A stretch of DNA of 64,000 nt from Treponemataceae bacterium (GTDB taxonomy: Bacteria > Spirochaetota > Spirochaetia > Treponematales > Rectinemataceae), in NCBI GenBank assembly GCA_963677895.2, contig CAXXGJ010000017.1, positions 143,908 to 207,907 on the forward strand. The letters are read 5' to 3'. A program made the position numbers and the translations under genes. The number at the start of each line of letters is the position of its first letter. Position 1 is the stretch's first letter. Below the pieces are notes generated by a model, which saw nothing but the letters and a program-made list of their open reading frames with translations, did no database searches and had not been told where the DNA came from. This document shows positions 1-10,404 of the stretch, piece by piece.

Positions 1-1
1 G

Positions 2-490
2 GGAATCGAAAAAAAGCGGATCCCGCAGCGTCGGCACAGTGGCCGCGAGTGCCTTGGAGAGGATGTTCCTGTCCTTTCGCATCATTTCGACGAAGGGGTA
101 GCGCTCCCGAGGCGTCAGGAGGCCTTTGGGCGAGGAAGAATCCACGAGGACGAGGGCTTTGACGATCCCCGGATGCCGCAGGGCCAGAGATTGCGCCACG
201 GCGCCGCCGAGCGAGTGGCCGACAACGATAGGCGATTTCAAGCCTAGCGCTTCGATAAATTCCTGGACGCAGTCGGCGTAAGCATGGAGGTCGACATCCC
301 CTGATAGCGCCGAGGAGCGGCCGAAATTCGGCAGGTCCAGCGCGAAGGTCTGGAAACCGGGAATCTCCATGACTTTCGAAAACCAGAGGCTGGAGCCTGT
401 ATTGCCGTGGATATACACGAGAGGTTGGCCGCTGCCGGTCGTGGCGTAGTAAAGATGCATGCCGCCGATAAGAAGCAAGGCGCTCGTCAT
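2..490 (-). CDS. alpha/beta fold hydrolase (runs off the window edge)
   Basis: Own translation from ATG at 490: MTSALLLIGGMHLYYATTGSGQPLVYIHGNTGSSLWF...DLPNFGRS...VVGHSLGG; nucleophile elbow GHSLG; not in the ORF track because it is truncated. Confidence 0.85.
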   Translation of the reverse strand, partial: MTSALLLIGGMHLYYATTGSGQPLVYIHGNTGSSLWFSKVMEIPGFQTFALDLPNFGRSSALSGDVDLHAYADCVQEFIEALGLKSPIVVGHSLGGAVAQSLALRHPGIVKALVLVDSSSPKGLLTPRERYPFVEMMRKDRNILSKALAATVPTLRDPLFFDS

Positions 491-1287
491 GTTTTTTCTC
501 CCATAGTGAAAGCGGCGACCTCGGCCGCCACCAGGGCCGGCCGCTCGATGACGGCCGCGTGGCCCGCCCCCGGCAGCACCTTGAGGATGGAGCCCGCGAT
601 ATTTGCCGCTATGATGGAAGCGAATCCTCTGTGTTTCAGTATATCCCGTTCCCCGACGAGCACAAGGGTTCGACAGGTTATGCGATTTAGTTTTGGCGTC
701 AAGTCTATGGAGAGGAAGGCGCGGCAGAGCCCCGCGAAAGCCTCGAACCATTCTCTCGGCAGCGATGCCACCGAGTCTTCCCTGGTTTTAAGGATGCCGG
801 AATTCGCCGCGATATAGTCCGAAGAGTAATTCCACGGCAGGATCGTCCTGTAGAAAACCCTGGCGTCGCAGAGCGCCGCGGCCATCCATGATTCGACCGT
901 CGCCCTGAGAAGAGCATCCAGCTCGCTCACCCCGTCGATGATCGTCAAAGAAAGGCATTTTTCCGGATGGGCGATGGCAAAAGCCAAAGCCACCTCCGCG
1001 CCGTAGGAGGTTCCGACAATGTGCGCTTCTTGAATGGACAATCCCTCCATGAGCGCCGCCAGATCTTCGGCGTGGCCTTCGAGGCTGTAGGAAGAAGTCG
1101 GCTTTTCGCTCAACGTCTGACCGCGCATATCGTGGCAGAGCGCGCGGCATTTACCGCCGAGAGCTTCCATGACGGGTTTCCAGTGCCCGATCGACATCGC
1201 GATGCCGTTGAGAAAGACCAGGGCTGGTCCCTCGGTCCCGAAAAGTTCATAACGGAGTCTCGCGCCGTTGGCGATGAAATCCGGCAT
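487..1287 (-). CDS. alpha/beta fold hydrolase (enol-lactonase/esterase-like)
   Basis: MPDFIANGARLRYE start after GGAG; GTSYG nucleophile motif, GERD acid, AGH catalytic His. Confidence 0.85.
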   Translation of the reverse strand: MPDFIANGARLRYELFGTEGPALVFLNGIAMSIGHWKPVMEALGGKCRALCHDMRGQTLSEKPTSSYSLEGHAEDLAALMEGLSIQEAHIVGTSYGAEVALAFAIAHPEKCLSLTIIDGVSELDALLRATVESWMAAALCDARVFYRTILPWNYSSDYIAANSGILKTREDSVASLPREWFEAFAGLCRAFLSIDLTPKLNRITCRTLVLVGERDILKHRGFASIIAANIAGSILKVLPGAGHAAVIERPALVAAEVAAFTMGEKT

Positions 1288-1297
1288 ACGGAATCTC

Positions 1298-1999
1298 CTA
1301 AAGCCCCAGATAGGACTTGAGCACGTATGGATTCGTGCGCAGGCCCTCGGCGCTGTCCTCGATGACAATTTTCCCGTTCTCCAGCACATAGCCGCGGTCT
1401 ATGGACCTGAGGCTCTCGCGGACGTTCTGTTCGGTCACGAGAATGGAAACCGATTTCTTCAGCGTCTTGAGCACCTCAAAAACCTCGGCGACGATGGATG
1501 GCTGAAGGCCGAGCGAGGGTTCGTCGAGTATGAGAAGTTTGGGATCCGACATGAGTGCCCTCGCGATGGCGACCATGCGCTGCTGCCCGCCCGACATCGT
1601 CCCCGCGAGCTGCCTGCGCCTTTCCTTGAGAATCGGGAACATCGTGAACACTTTGTCGAGATGATCCTTAGTCTTGGCCTTGGCGTGGGGAATATAGGCG
1701 GCTCCCAGCAGGAGATTGTCCTCCACCGACATGCCGGGGAATAGTTCCCGTTCCTGAGGAACGAGGGCTACGCCCATCCTGGCCATGATATGCGTCTCCG
1801 TGCCCTCGACGCGTTTGCCTTCCAATTCGATGCCGCCCGCCCAGACTTTATTCATGCCCATGACGGCGTTTATTAGGGTAGTCTTGCCGGCCCCGTTCGG
1901 ACCGAAGAGACCCACGGATTCGGCTCCCACTTCCAGGTTCACGCCCTGGATCACCTTCATCCGGCCGTAGCCGCATTCCAGACCTTGTATTTTAAGCAT
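1298..1999 (-). CDS. Liv-type ABC transporter ATP-binding protein (LivF-like)
   Basis: [26 protein letters not shown]. Confidence 0.92.
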   Translation of the reverse strand: MLKIQGLECGYGRMKVIQGVNLEVGAESVGLFGPNGAGKTTLINAVMGMNKVWAGGIELEGKRVEGTETHIMARMGVALVPQERELFPGMSVEDNLLLGAAYIPHAKAKTKDHLDKVFTMFPILKERRRQLAGTMSGGQQRMVAIARALMSDPKLLILDEPSLGLQPSIVAEVFEVLKTLKKSVSILVTEQNVRESLRSIDRGYVLENGKIVIEDSAEGLRTNPYVLKSYLGL

Positions 2000-2718
2000 C
2001 AGGCGGCTCCTCCGAGATAGGCTTCGATGACGCGGGGATTCCTGGATACTTCCTCGTAAGGACCCTGGGCGATGAGTTCCCCGGCTTCCAGGACGATGAC
2101 GCGGTGCGTCAGCTCGCGAATGACGCCCATGACGTGCTCCACCACACCCACCGCCAATCCGCGCTCCTTGGCGACCTTCTGGACCGTGGCGATCAGGTCT
2201 TTCGTTTCGTCGGAGTTGAGGCCGGCCATCACCTCGTCGAGGAAAAGCACCTCAGGTTCGTTGGCCAGAGCCCTGGCGATCTCCATCTTCTTCACCTCGA
2301 GAATCGTGAGACGGCTGGTGTCCCTTTCGATATCCTTGAGGCCGAGTTCGGCGCAGAGGTCTTCGGCCTTGCGTCTGGCCGCCCTGAGCCCGTTGCCGCG
2401 GGCGAAGATCGAACCCACCATGACGTTCTCCACGAGGCTCAAGTTTTCGAGGGGGTGGATGAGCTGGTAGGTTCTCGCTATGCCCATGCGCGCCCGCTCG
2501 TGAGCGGGCGCGTAGGTGATATCCTGCCCTTTGTATTCTATTTTTCCCTCGCTCGGCATGATGATGCCCGAAACGAGGTTGATGAAGGTCGTCTTTCCGG
2601 CGCCGTTCGGCCCTATGATGCCGAGGATTTCGCCCGAATCCATGGAGAAGGACACCTTGTTCACGGCCACGAGACCCAGGAAGCGCCTCGTGAGGTCGGT
2701 AGTCTTGAGCTTAGTCAT
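1999..2718 (-). CDS. Liv-type ABC transporter ATP-binding protein (LivG-like)
   Basis: C-terminal part of track ORF 1999..3414, true start [36 protein letters not shown]. Confidence 0.9.
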   Translation of the reverse strand: MTKLKTTDLTRRFLGLVAVNKVSFSMDSGEILGIIGPNGAGKTTFINLVSGIIMPSEGKIEYKGQDITYAPAHERARMGIARTYQLIHPLENLSLVENVMVGSIFARGNGLRAARRKAEDLCAELGLKDIERDTSRLTILEVKKMEIARALANEPEVLFLDEVMAGLNSDETKDLIATVQKVAKERGLAVGVVEHVMGVIRELTHRVIVLEAGELIAQGPYEEVSRNPRVIEAYLGGAA

Positions 2719-3653
2719 TTTGTCTTCCTTCCGGTTTTGCCCATCGCTTTCCGAGCGACCCCGAGCAGACCCTGGGGCATGCACAGGATTACGAATATGA
2801 TCATGATTCCGTACACGACGAGATGGCCATAGGGAATCTTCAGCTTGAGCCACTCCGCGACCAGGCCGAGGAGAAGGCCTCCGAGGATCGGGCCCACCGT
2901 GCTGTGGATGCCTCCGAGCAGGGCCATCGCGAGGGGAAGGAGGGTGAAGTCGGCGCTGAACACGGTGTCGGGCGAGGCGAAGCCGTAAGACATCGCGAAA
3001 ATGCCGCCGATCATACCCTGGATGGCCGATGTCACCACGAAGGTGACGAGGAGCCAGCGGAAAATGTCCACACCGGAAGACCTGGCCGAAATTTCGTTGT
3101 TCCTGATGGCGGTGAGCGCGAAACGGACGCGGCTTTTCTCGAACCAGTATGAAGCGCCTAACGCCACGGCGAGACCGGCGAGGGTGAGAAAATAGAGACT
3201 GCTGGATTTGCCGCCGAAGATGATGCCTTCCTGGACGACGATGCCCTCGGGACCGCCCGAGAATTCCTTCATGTTCTGTATGATGATGCGGAATATCTCG
3301 CCCAACGCGAGAGTGACGATCGAGAAGTAGGTATGCCTCAGCCTGAGGATGAGGAAGCCGATAAGGAAGGCCACTATGCCAGAGAAGAGACCGGCGAAGG
3401 GAATCGAAAGCCATCCGGGCATTCCGCCCCTCACGACGCCGAGGATCGAAGCATAGGCTCCCAAGCCCACGAGGCCGGCGATGCCGAACGATATCTGCCC
3501 CGAGCGCAGGAGCATGTCCCAGGTGATGGCGAGGGCCATATACATCATGACGTTGCGCGCTACCTGAAGCGGGTAGTCTCCCGCGAAAGCGGGCAATGTC
3601 AGCGCGAGCACGGCGGCGATCGCGGCGAAAGTCCGGGCTACGTTGCGGTTCAC
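2715..3653 (-). CDS. Liv-type ABC transporter permease (LivM-like)
   Basis: Hydrophobic; [29 protein letters not shown] motifs. Confidence 0.9.
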   Translation of the reverse strand: MNRNVARTFAAIAAVLALTLPAFAGDYPLQVARNVMMYMALAITWDMLLRSGQISFGIAGLVGLGAYASILGVVRGGMPGWLSIPFAGLFSGIVAFLIGFLILRLRHTYFSIVTLALGEIFRIIIQNMKEFSGGPEGIVVQEGIIFGGKSSSLYFLTLAGLAVALGASYWFEKSRVRFALTAIRNNEISARSSGVDIFRWLLVTFVVTSAIQGMIGGIFAMSYGFASPDTVFSADFTLLPLAMALLGGIHSTVGPILGGLLLGLVAEWLKLKIPYGHLVVYGIMIIFVILCMPQGLLGVARKAMGKTGRKTK

Positions 3654-4573
3654 GACTTCCTCCCTTTCAGGGAACGGCTCAGGATGACGACGATGATGAG
3701 GACGAAGAACACGATGTCAGCCCATTCGCGGGTTCCGCGGAAGGCGCGCAGGAAACTCTCGGAAATGCCGAGGAGAATGCTCGCGCTCAGGATGCCGGGA
3801 ATGTTGCCTACGCCGGCCATGGCCACGAGGCAGAAACTCTTCATTGTGAAGGGCGATCCGACGCTCGGGAAGATGGCTGATTTCGTGAGGAAAAGCGCGC
3901 CCATCGCGCCGAGGAGGGCTGTGGCTATCGCGAACACGAGGCCGTAGATCCGGTTGACGTCGATGCCGACGATCGCGGCGCCGCGCGGATTCTGGCCCAC
4001 AGCGAGAGCGGCCTTGCCGGTCGTCGTCTTCGTGAGGAAGAATGTCAGCCCATAGGTGAAAAGGATGGCGGCGGCGACGAAAACGAAGGACCAGACGCCG
4101 AAGGTGAGTTCGCCGATGTCCATAGAGGCCGAAACGTAGTCGAGCGACATCTTGAAGGTCTGCGAGGTGAAGGCCAGGTTGATGGCCTGGCTGAAGACGA
4201 TCGATATGCCGAAGGTGAGGATGAGCTGGTTGAGTTCGGGAGCCTTGAGCGCCCGCCGGATCGTCAATTGGAAGATGACCCAGCCAAAGAGGGCGGTGAC
4301 GAGGGCCGTCGGGACGATGGCGAGGAGGGGATCCATGCCCAGAGCCTTGCAGGCGAAATAGGTAGCGTAGGAGGCCATCATCATGAATTCGCCGTGGGCG
4401 AGGTTCACGATGTGGACGATTCCGAGCACGAGTCCCATGGGGATCGCGATCGCCGCGTAGAGCCCCGCGGACTGCAGGCCGTAGATGAGGACGGTCGGCT
4501 TCCACAGGATGATAGCGATCACGGCTACCGTACACAGAGCTAGGAGGATAGCTGTTCGTTTTTTCAGTGCCAT
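3650..4573 (-). CDS. Liv-type ABC transporter permease (LivH-like)
   Basis: VNLAHGEFMM, T.TGKA..AVGQN..GA.IVGID motifs. Confidence 0.9.
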   Translation of the reverse strand: MALKKRTAILLALCTVAVIAIILWKPTVLIYGLQSAGLYAAIAIPMGLVLGIVHIVNLAHGEFMMMASYATYFACKALGMDPLLAIVPTALVTALFGWVIFQLTIRRALKAPELNQLILTFGISIVFSQAINLAFTSQTFKMSLDYVSASMDIGELTFGVWSFVFVAAAILFTYGLTFFLTKTTTGKAALAVGQNPRGAAIVGIDVNRIYGLVFAIATALLGAMGALFLTKSAIFPSVGSPFTMKSFCLVAMAGVGNIPGILSASILLGISESFLRAFRGTREWADIVFFVLIIVVILSRSLKGRKS

Positions 4574-4602
4574 CTTGACTGCCTTTTTACTGGAATAAAA
4601 TG

Positions 4603-4653
4603 CCGCGGGGCGGCGCGGGCGATCTTCTGGAGATCGCCCGCGAAACCTCGCGG
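4603..4653. other. intercistronic GC-rich stem-loop downstream of the binding-protein gene (likely mRNA stabiliser or attenuator)
   Basis: CGCGGGCGATCT-tctgg-AGATCGCCCGCG perfect inverted repeat with extended outer pairing; no U-tract. Confidence 0.5.
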
Positions 4654-4680
4654 TAATACATTAAAAATACGGAACCGTTC

Positions 4681-5895
4681 TCACTTCCACGCGGGGAAAG
4701 GATACACGGGCTCAGAGGTGGCCGCTTCGAAGGGCCAGATCACTTCCTGGAAACCGTTCTGCCACTGCAGGATTTTCTGCCTGGTGATTCCCTGGTGCTT
4801 GATGACGTTGGACGGCTTGAAGGTGATGGTCTCTCCGAGGGCCGAAGCGTACTTCGTCGCCTCGAGAGCCTTGACGAGCGGCGCGGTTTCGGTGGTGCCG
4901 GCGGCCTTGATGCCGTTGGCCAGGATATGGACCGCGTCATAGGCCAGAAGGGCGAAATAAGTGGCCGGTTCTTCCCTGAATTTCTTGACGTAGGCATCGT
5001 AGAATTTCTTGCTCGTGGCGTTGCCTTCGTTCATGGCCGTCGACCACATTCCGTAGAGCATCACGTTGCGCGAAAGCTTGGACGATCCGAAGCCGATGGG
5101 CCATCCGGGGGGCGCTCCGAGATAGATGCCGGGGCTGAACTTCATGGCCTTGGACTGCTCAAGCAGGGGAAGAGCGTCGGCGTCGTAGCCGGCCCATATG
5201 AAGAGGTCTGGTTTGTAGCTCTTGGCAGCTTCGAGGACAGCGGTGTAGTCGCCGCCGCCGAGGGCCGCGCTCTTGAAGGGCGCGCCGTCGATCGTGAAGC
5301 GGCTGGCGCTTCCGCCGAAAAGGGTCTTCGTCGCGGTCCAGGAGGACTGGCCGAAGGCGCCTTCCTCGTAGGCGAGGAAGATCTTCTTAACCTGGACGTT
5401 CGGGTACTTCGCCATGATGGCATTCCAGCCCTCGAGGTAGGAAGCGCCCTGATTGTAATCCCATGGATGCAGATGGAAATAGAAATCGGATTCGGGCGAG
5501 GGACCGAGCGCCTTCTCGACCGTCGAGCTCGCGGCCGCGCCGGTGGACATGACGACCTTGCCGTATTTCTTGAAGACGGGGATCTTGCCGAGTTCGGCGC
5601 CGGAAGCCATGCCGCCAAGAAAAACGTCTACCTTGTCCACGGTGGCCAGCTTCTCGACCTGAGCCGCGGCCTTGTCGGCCTTGCCCTCATCATCGGCGAC
5701 GATGAGTTCGAGTTTCTTGCCGAGAACGCCGCCGGCCGCGTTGATTTCATCGACGGCGATCTGGGCGGCCTTGCTGCCCTGGTTTCCGGTGATGTCGGCG
5801 AGCATCCAGATACCGCCGATCTTGATGGTGCCCTGCGCGAAAACGCCGCCCGACAAGAGGGCCAGCGCCGCAAGAACCAAAAGGATTCGTTTCAT
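4681..5895 (-). CDS. ABC transporter substrate-binding protein (Liv/PBP type 1)
   Basis: Signal peptide; IKIG...AVDEINAAGGVLGKKLELIVADD; adjacent permeases. Confidence 0.9.
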   Translation of the reverse strand: MKRILLVLAALALLSGGVFAQGTIKIGGIWMLADITGNQGSKAAQIAVDEINAAGGVLGKKLELIVADDEGKADKAAAQVEKLATVDKVDVFLGGMASGAELGKIPVFKKYGKVVMSTGAAASSTVEKALGPSPESDFYFHLHPWDYNQGASYLEGWNAIMAKYPNVQVKKIFLAYEEGAFGQSSWTATKTLFGGSASRFTIDGAPFKSAALGGGDYTAVLEAAKSYKPDLFIWAGYDADALPLLEQSKAMKFSPGIYLGAPPGWPIGFGSSKLSRNVMLYGMWSTAMNEGNATSKKFYDAYVKKFREEPATYFALLAYDAVHILANGIKAAGTTETAPLVKALEATKYASALGETITFKPSNVIKHQGITRQKILQWQNGFQEVIWPFEAATSEPVYPFPAWK

Positions 5896-6005
5896 TCAAG
5901 CCTCCCTGGGACCGCCTAACTCGGCTGCCCCTTTTTCTATCCGGTCCGGAATGCCCGGCCGGCATTGACCAACATAAAGGGCGCGGCGAAGCGCCCCCGG
6001 CGTCT

Positions 6006-6743
6006 TTAGAGCACCAGTCCGCCGTCCACGCGCAGCACCTGGCCCGTGATGAATACCGATTCCTCCGAACAGAGGAAAAGCACGGCGTTGGCGATGTCGA
6101 TAGGCATTGCCAGCCGTCCGAGCGGCGTCTTCGCGATGATGGGCTCGAGGACCTTTTCGGGAACGGACTCGATCATCGGCGTCCTGCAGTAGCCCGGCGA
6201 TACAGAGTTGACCCTGATCTTCGCGCCCTTGCGGGCGAATTCCTTGGCCCAGCCCTTGGTCATGGCCACGACGCCGCCCTTGGTGGCGGCGTAGTTGGAC
6301 TGGCCGATATTGCCGTCCAGCCCGACGACAGAGGCTATGGAGACGATGGCACCGCTTCCGCCCGCCATCATCTGGGGAGCGACCGCCCGCGTCATCTTGA
6401 AGACGCCGGTGAGGTTGACGTTGATGACCGCGGCCCAGTCGTCGTCGCTCATCTTCTGGATGAGGGCGTCGCGCGTTATGCCCGCGTTGTTGACGAGGGC
6501 GTCGATGCGGCCGAATTCGGCCTGGACTTTCTCGACGAAAGCCTGGATCTGCGCGGTGTCGGTGACGTTGAGCACGGCGCCTCTCACATTGCTCCTGCCG
6601 GCTTCGAGTTCGGGGAAGGCCGCGTCGTTGACGTCGACGGCGAAAACCATGGCGGCGCCCTCTTCGGCGAAGCGGTCGACGATCGCGCGGCCTATGCCGC
6701 GGGCGCCGCCCGTCACTATGCAAACCTTGTCCTTCATTCTCAT
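6006..6743 (-). CDS. SDR oxidoreductase, 3-oxoacyl-CoA/ACP reductase (FabG/PhaB-like), probably NAD(H)-preferring
   Basis: TGGARGIG, NNAGITRD, GNIGQSNYAATK; acidic residue (VDVN) after beta2. Confidence 0.88.
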   Translation of the reverse strand: MRMKDKVCIVTGGARGIGRAIVDRFAEEGAAMVFAVDVNDAAFPELEAGRSNVRGAVLNVTDTAQIQAFVEKVQAEFGRIDALVNNAGITRDALIQKMSDDDWAAVINVNLTGVFKMTRAVAPQMMAGGSGAIVSIASVVGLDGNIGQSNYAATKGGVVAMTKGWAKEFARKGAKIRVNSVSPGYCRTPMIESVPEKVLEPIIAKTPLGRLAMPIDIANAVLFLCSEESVFITGQVLRVDGGLVL

Positions 6744-6853
6744 ATGATTCCTCCCAATACTAACTATTTCTATTCACAGACTTCCTGACCGACGGAATCG
6801 CGACGCCTACGGCGCGGTTCCGTCGCGTCAAAGGATAGTGACGCTCAACGTCA

Positions 6854-7867
6854 TTATCCCTTGACGATTCCCCATCGGACGATCGTGCTCGCCCACACGA
6901 AGCCGAGGCCGGCGCCCACGAGGACGATGTTGGCGCCTTCCCTGATCTTCCCCGACTCCAACCCGAGCTTCATGGACAGAAGCTGGTCGTTCTGTCCTAT
7001 ATGGCCGTAATCCTCGAGATAGGTAGACTGCCCCGCCTCAAGACCGAGTTCCGCGAGAACAGCCTCGTGCGCGCTGCGCTTGAAGTGGAGGATGGCGAGA
7101 TAGTCGATGTCGGATTGATCGAGCCCCGATTTCGCGAGCGCGTCGCGGATGACGCCATAAAAGTTGGGCATCGTCACCTCGCCCAGCTTGGCCTTGAAGG
7201 CCGCCTCGTCGGGCACGACGAAAAAGGGCCTCGCGGCGTCCTCGGGCTTGGGGGGCCAGGCTTTGGAACCCAGCACCGGCACCACGCACATCTCGGAAAG
7301 CGATCCATCGCCCCTGAAAGCGGATGAAAGGATGGCGTTTTTCCCCAAATCCTTCACGAGCACGCAGGCCGAGCCGCCCGATCCGATGTCCATCATGAAT
7401 CGCGTGGGCGGATAGGCGAGGTCGATGAGATCGTTGTTGCGATAGCCCGATACGAGAAGGACGGTCTTGAGGTCGTCCCTGGCGAGCATGAGGGACTTGG
7501 CCACGTCGAGCGCCGCCATCATCGATCCGCACATGGCTTCCATGTCGAAACTCCAGGCGCGGCTGGCGCCCAGCCGGTTGGCGACATTGAGCCCTGCGAG
7601 CCAGCATGGATAATCCTTGTGCTGGGCGCCGCACCAGATGACGAGGTCCAATTCCCGGGCTTCAACGCCAGCTTCGTCGAGCGCATCCACCGCGGCCTTG
7701 TAGCCCATGTCGGAGGTCGTGTTGTCGGGACCGGCCACCGGCTTCCGGTTTACGCCGAATTTTCTGGCTATGACATCTTCCGGTACGCCGCTCGCCTGGG
7801 CCAGATCGGCGGCGGTGGTATAGGTATCGGGTAAAAAAACCCCGATACCGGCGATTCCTATATGCAT
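6854..7867 (-). CDS. 3-oxoacyl-ACP synthase III-like protein (non-canonical)
   Basis: FabH fold motifs: AMCGS catalytic Cys, ILHFKR, YGHIGQND, GAGLGFVW; RBS GGAG before ATG at 7867. Confidence 0.85.
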   Translation of the reverse strand: MHIGIAGIGVFLPDTYTTAADLAQASGVPEDVIARKFGVNRKPVAGPDNTTSDMGYKAAVDALDEAGVEARELDLVIWCGAQHKDYPCWLAGLNVANRLGASRAWSFDMEAMCGSMMAALDVAKSLMLARDDLKTVLLVSGYRNNDLIDLAYPPTRFMMDIGSGGSACVLVKDLGKNAILSSAFRGDGSLSEMCVVPVLGSKAWPPKPEDAARPFFVVPDEAAFKAKLGEVTMPNFYGVIRDALAKSGLDQSDIDYLAILHFKRSAHEAVLAELGLEAGQSTYLEDYGHIGQNDQLLSMKLGLESGKIREGANIVLVGAGLGFVWASTIVRWGIVKG

Positions 7868-7883
7868 CCCAAACTCCATGAAG

Positions 7884-7901
7884 AGTGAATCATCTCTCAC
7901 T
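7884..7901. promoter_or_regulatory. putative TetR operator, copy 1 (AGTGAATCATCTCTCACT)
   Basis: Imperfect palindrome just upstream of the leftward operon; near-identical core at 8120-8135. Confidence 0.6.
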
Positions 7902-8078
7902 ATCATATCCATCGGTTTCCTCAATCCGTCAAGGGCAAATTTGTGATATTTTTAACAATTATGGATCATAGGATTATAAGAAATTTCTATCTTATTTTAT
8001 TATATATATTTATAAAGTTTGAATTACCGATGGCATATCCATGATCCGCGGCCTCCGCTCTTTTTTTCGGAATCGCAC

Positions 8079-8135
8079 TTGCGCGATCCGGCCAAGCGCC
8101 TTATACTATTTTTCAAGATATGAACCATCTCTCAT
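8079..8135 (+). promoter_or_regulatory. sigma70 promoter (TTGCGC-17-TATACT) with operator copy 2 (ATGAACCATCTCTCAT, 8120-8135)
   Basis: Correct -35/-10 spacing; repeated palindromic core TGAAYCATCTCTCA. Confidence 0.6.
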
Positions 8136-8191
8136 TCATATCCGCGCGGAATTTTGATCGAGAGAAACTTCGTAATACCTGGGGAAAAGCG

Positions 8192-9334
8192 ATGGACAAA
8201 TCCATATCTGACAAGGAAGAAGCTCCAGGAAGCCGGGATCGGCTCGTTTTCTCGACCATAGAGCTTCTCTCGGAAAAATGGTATGGAACGGTGTCGGTGG
8301 CCGAGATATGCAGGCACGCCGGCCTGTCCAACGGGCTTTTCTATCGTTATTTCCAGAGCAAGGAAGAGATATTCAAACATATCCTCGAACTTGTCATCGA
8401 GAAAATCGCCGAGGCTCTCTCGAACCTTCCCGGCGAAACGCAGCGCGAGAAGCTGGAGCTCTTCGCGAAAAATATTTTTGAGTTCTCGCGCGACAACCGC
8501 TCCCTCGTGAAGGTTTTCCGCGAAGGGCAATATCGATTTTTCGAATACGAAAGACGCCTGATGGCGGTCTATACCGAGGCTTTAGGCAGGGTTACCGGAG
8601 GGAAAGTCCCCCTTTCCTCCTATGTATTCGCCCTCGGGGGACTTCGTTTCGCGGCCATCCGTTCGGCCTTCCACGGCATTCCCGCACGCCTTCCCGTCCT
8701 TCAGCGAATACTCGAAGAAGGCATGTTCAGGCAGTACGACTTCGATCCCGCCAAGGTTTTCTCGACATCCATCACGCCGCTTCCCCTCGACGTGATGCCC
8801 GATGCCAGGGAACGGATCCTTCGCGAAGGCAAGACGCTGATCGGGAAGCAGGGATATTTCGAGACGAACATTCACGAGATCACGACGGCGGCCGGCCTTT
8901 CGACGGGCGCCTTCTACACGTACTTCACGAACAAGGAAGCTTTCTTCGCCGAACTCATCCACAGGGTCGGCAGGGAAGTTAGGCGCTTCATATCCATCAA
9001 TCTCGACCCATCGCTCAACAGGCTGGAGCGCGAGCTTCGCGGCCTCTGGCTTTTTATCGTCTACCTGTCGCTGGAAAGATATTGCTATGGCATCGTGAGG
9101 GAGGCCGAATTCGTCCTGCCCGAAGCCGCCAAGGCATATTACGACGCCTTCGTCGACGGCTACCGGGAACATGACGAGAGCGTCCAGATGATCGACGAAA
9201 CGACGGAGATCGAATTCATGCTGGGCGTCGCGCATTATCTGGGAATCGAGGTGATATTCGATCAATCGCCGGAGAACGCCAGAACGGTGATAAGCGAAAT
9301 AGGAAAATTCTACCGCTTCGGCTATGGAGGATGA
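8192..9334 (+). CDS. tandem two-domain TetR/AcrR family regulator
   Basis: Two HTHs: SVAEICRHAGLSNGLFYRYFQSKEEIF and NIHEITTAAGLSTGAFYTYFTNKEAFF; start placed after the promoter. Confidence 0.88.
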   Translation: MDKSISDKEEAPGSRDRLVFSTIELLSEKWYGTVSVAEICRHAGLSNGLFYRYFQSKEEIFKHILELVIEKIAEALSNLPGETQREKLELFAKNIFEFSRDNRSLVKVFREGQYRFFEYERRLMAVYTEALGRVTGGKVPLSSYVFALGGLRFAAIRSAFHGIPARLPVLQRILEEGMFRQYDFDPAKVFSTSITPLPLDVMPDARERILREGKTLIGKQGYFETNIHEITTAAGLSTGAFYTYFTNKEAFFAELIHRVGREVRRFISINLDPSLNRLERELRGLWLFIVYLSLERYCYGIVREAEFVLPEAAKAYYDAFVDGYREHDESVQMIDETTEIEFMLGVAHYLGIEVIFDQSPENARTVISEIGKFYRFGYGG

Positions 9335-9335
9335 T

Positions 9336-10343
9336 ATGGCAGTCGCGCGCATCATAGGCACGGGAATCTACGCACCGGGCGATCCCATCGACAACGCGAA
9401 ACTGAAACGACTGACGGGCATAGAATTCGGCGCGGCGAAGCACGAGGCCAAACTTGGAATCGCGCAACGTCATGTCGCGAGGCTGTCTGGTCTCGACGAA
9501 ACCACCGCCGATTTCGCGGAAAAGGCCGCGCGTGCTGCGTTGGCCGACGCGGCGCTCGATCCCATGGAAGTGGGGATGTTCGTCGTGGCGACCGACACGC
9601 CCGAGTATATTTCGCCCGCCACGGGAATTCTGCTCCAGGGCCGCCTGCAGAGGGGCGAGACGGAATCGCGCGCCTTCGACGTGGGAGCTTCCTGCGCGAG
9701 TTTCGTCACGGCGCTGGACATGGCCGCCCGCGCCGTCGCCTCCGACCCCAGCCTGCGCTACGCGCTCGTCGTGGGCGTCTACAACATGCCGGCCTACATC
9801 CGCGACGGCGACGCCTTCGGCTGGTCGATTTTCGCCGACGGCGCGGGCGCCGTCCTTCTCGAGCGCGCCGAAAGCGGCGATTTCGGTTATGTCGACGGCG
9901 TCTTCCGCGCCGACGGCACCCAGTGGAACTACGTCGGCGTCTACGCGGGCGGAACCCGCAAACCCGTCACGAGGGAACTACTCGACGCGGGCACCTACGG
10001 CCTTGAACTGCTCCAGCGCCTTCCGGGCGACAGAAACGTGAAGCTGTGGCCGCCCCTCGTGCGGCGCCTCCTCGAAAAGGCCGGCGTCGCGCAGTCCGAA
10101 GTCGCCCACTACATCTTCACCCAGATCAACCGGTCGGTCATCGCCGAAGTGATGGGCATCCTCGGCGAGCCCATGGAAAAGACGACGACCATCATGGACC
10201 GCTTCGGCTACACAGGTTCGGCCTGCGTGCCCATGGCCCTCCACGAGGCGCTCCTGGCCGGAACCGTCCACAGGGGCGATCTCGTCGTCCTCGTGGCGTC
10301 GGGGGCGGGGCTCGCCGTCGGCGCCTCGCTGATCCGTCTATGA
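9336..10343 (+). CDS. 3-oxoacyl-ACP synthase III-like protein (non-canonical)
   Basis: GTGIYAP, ASCASF Cys, FADGAGAV, FTQIN in place of PHQAN, FGYTGSA in place of YGNTSAA. Confidence 0.85.
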   Translation: MAVARIIGTGIYAPGDPIDNAKLKRLTGIEFGAAKHEAKLGIAQRHVARLSGLDETTADFAEKAARAALADAALDPMEVGMFVVATDTPEYISPATGILLQGRLQRGETESRAFDVGASCASFVTALDMAARAVASDPSLRYALVVGVYNMPAYIRDGDAFGWSIFADGAGAVLLERAESGDFGYVDGVFRADGTQWNYVGVYAGGTRKPVTRELLDAGTYGLELLQRLPGDRNVKLWPPLVRRLLEKAGVAQSEVAHYIFTQINRSVIAEVMGILGEPMEKTTTIMDRFGYTGSACVPMALHEALLAGTVHRGDLVVLVASGAGLAVGASLIRL

Positions 10344-10404
10344 AATACCCGCGGCCGGGACATGTCAGGCGGCCGCCTAAACTCTGCCAGTAAAGGAGCA
10401 CACC

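Noticed and set aside
6786..6830. Intergenic hairpin as a possible REP or MITE family, with others near 5980, 10351 and 59310
   Set aside because: No shared sequence among these hairpins; more likely individual mRNA structures
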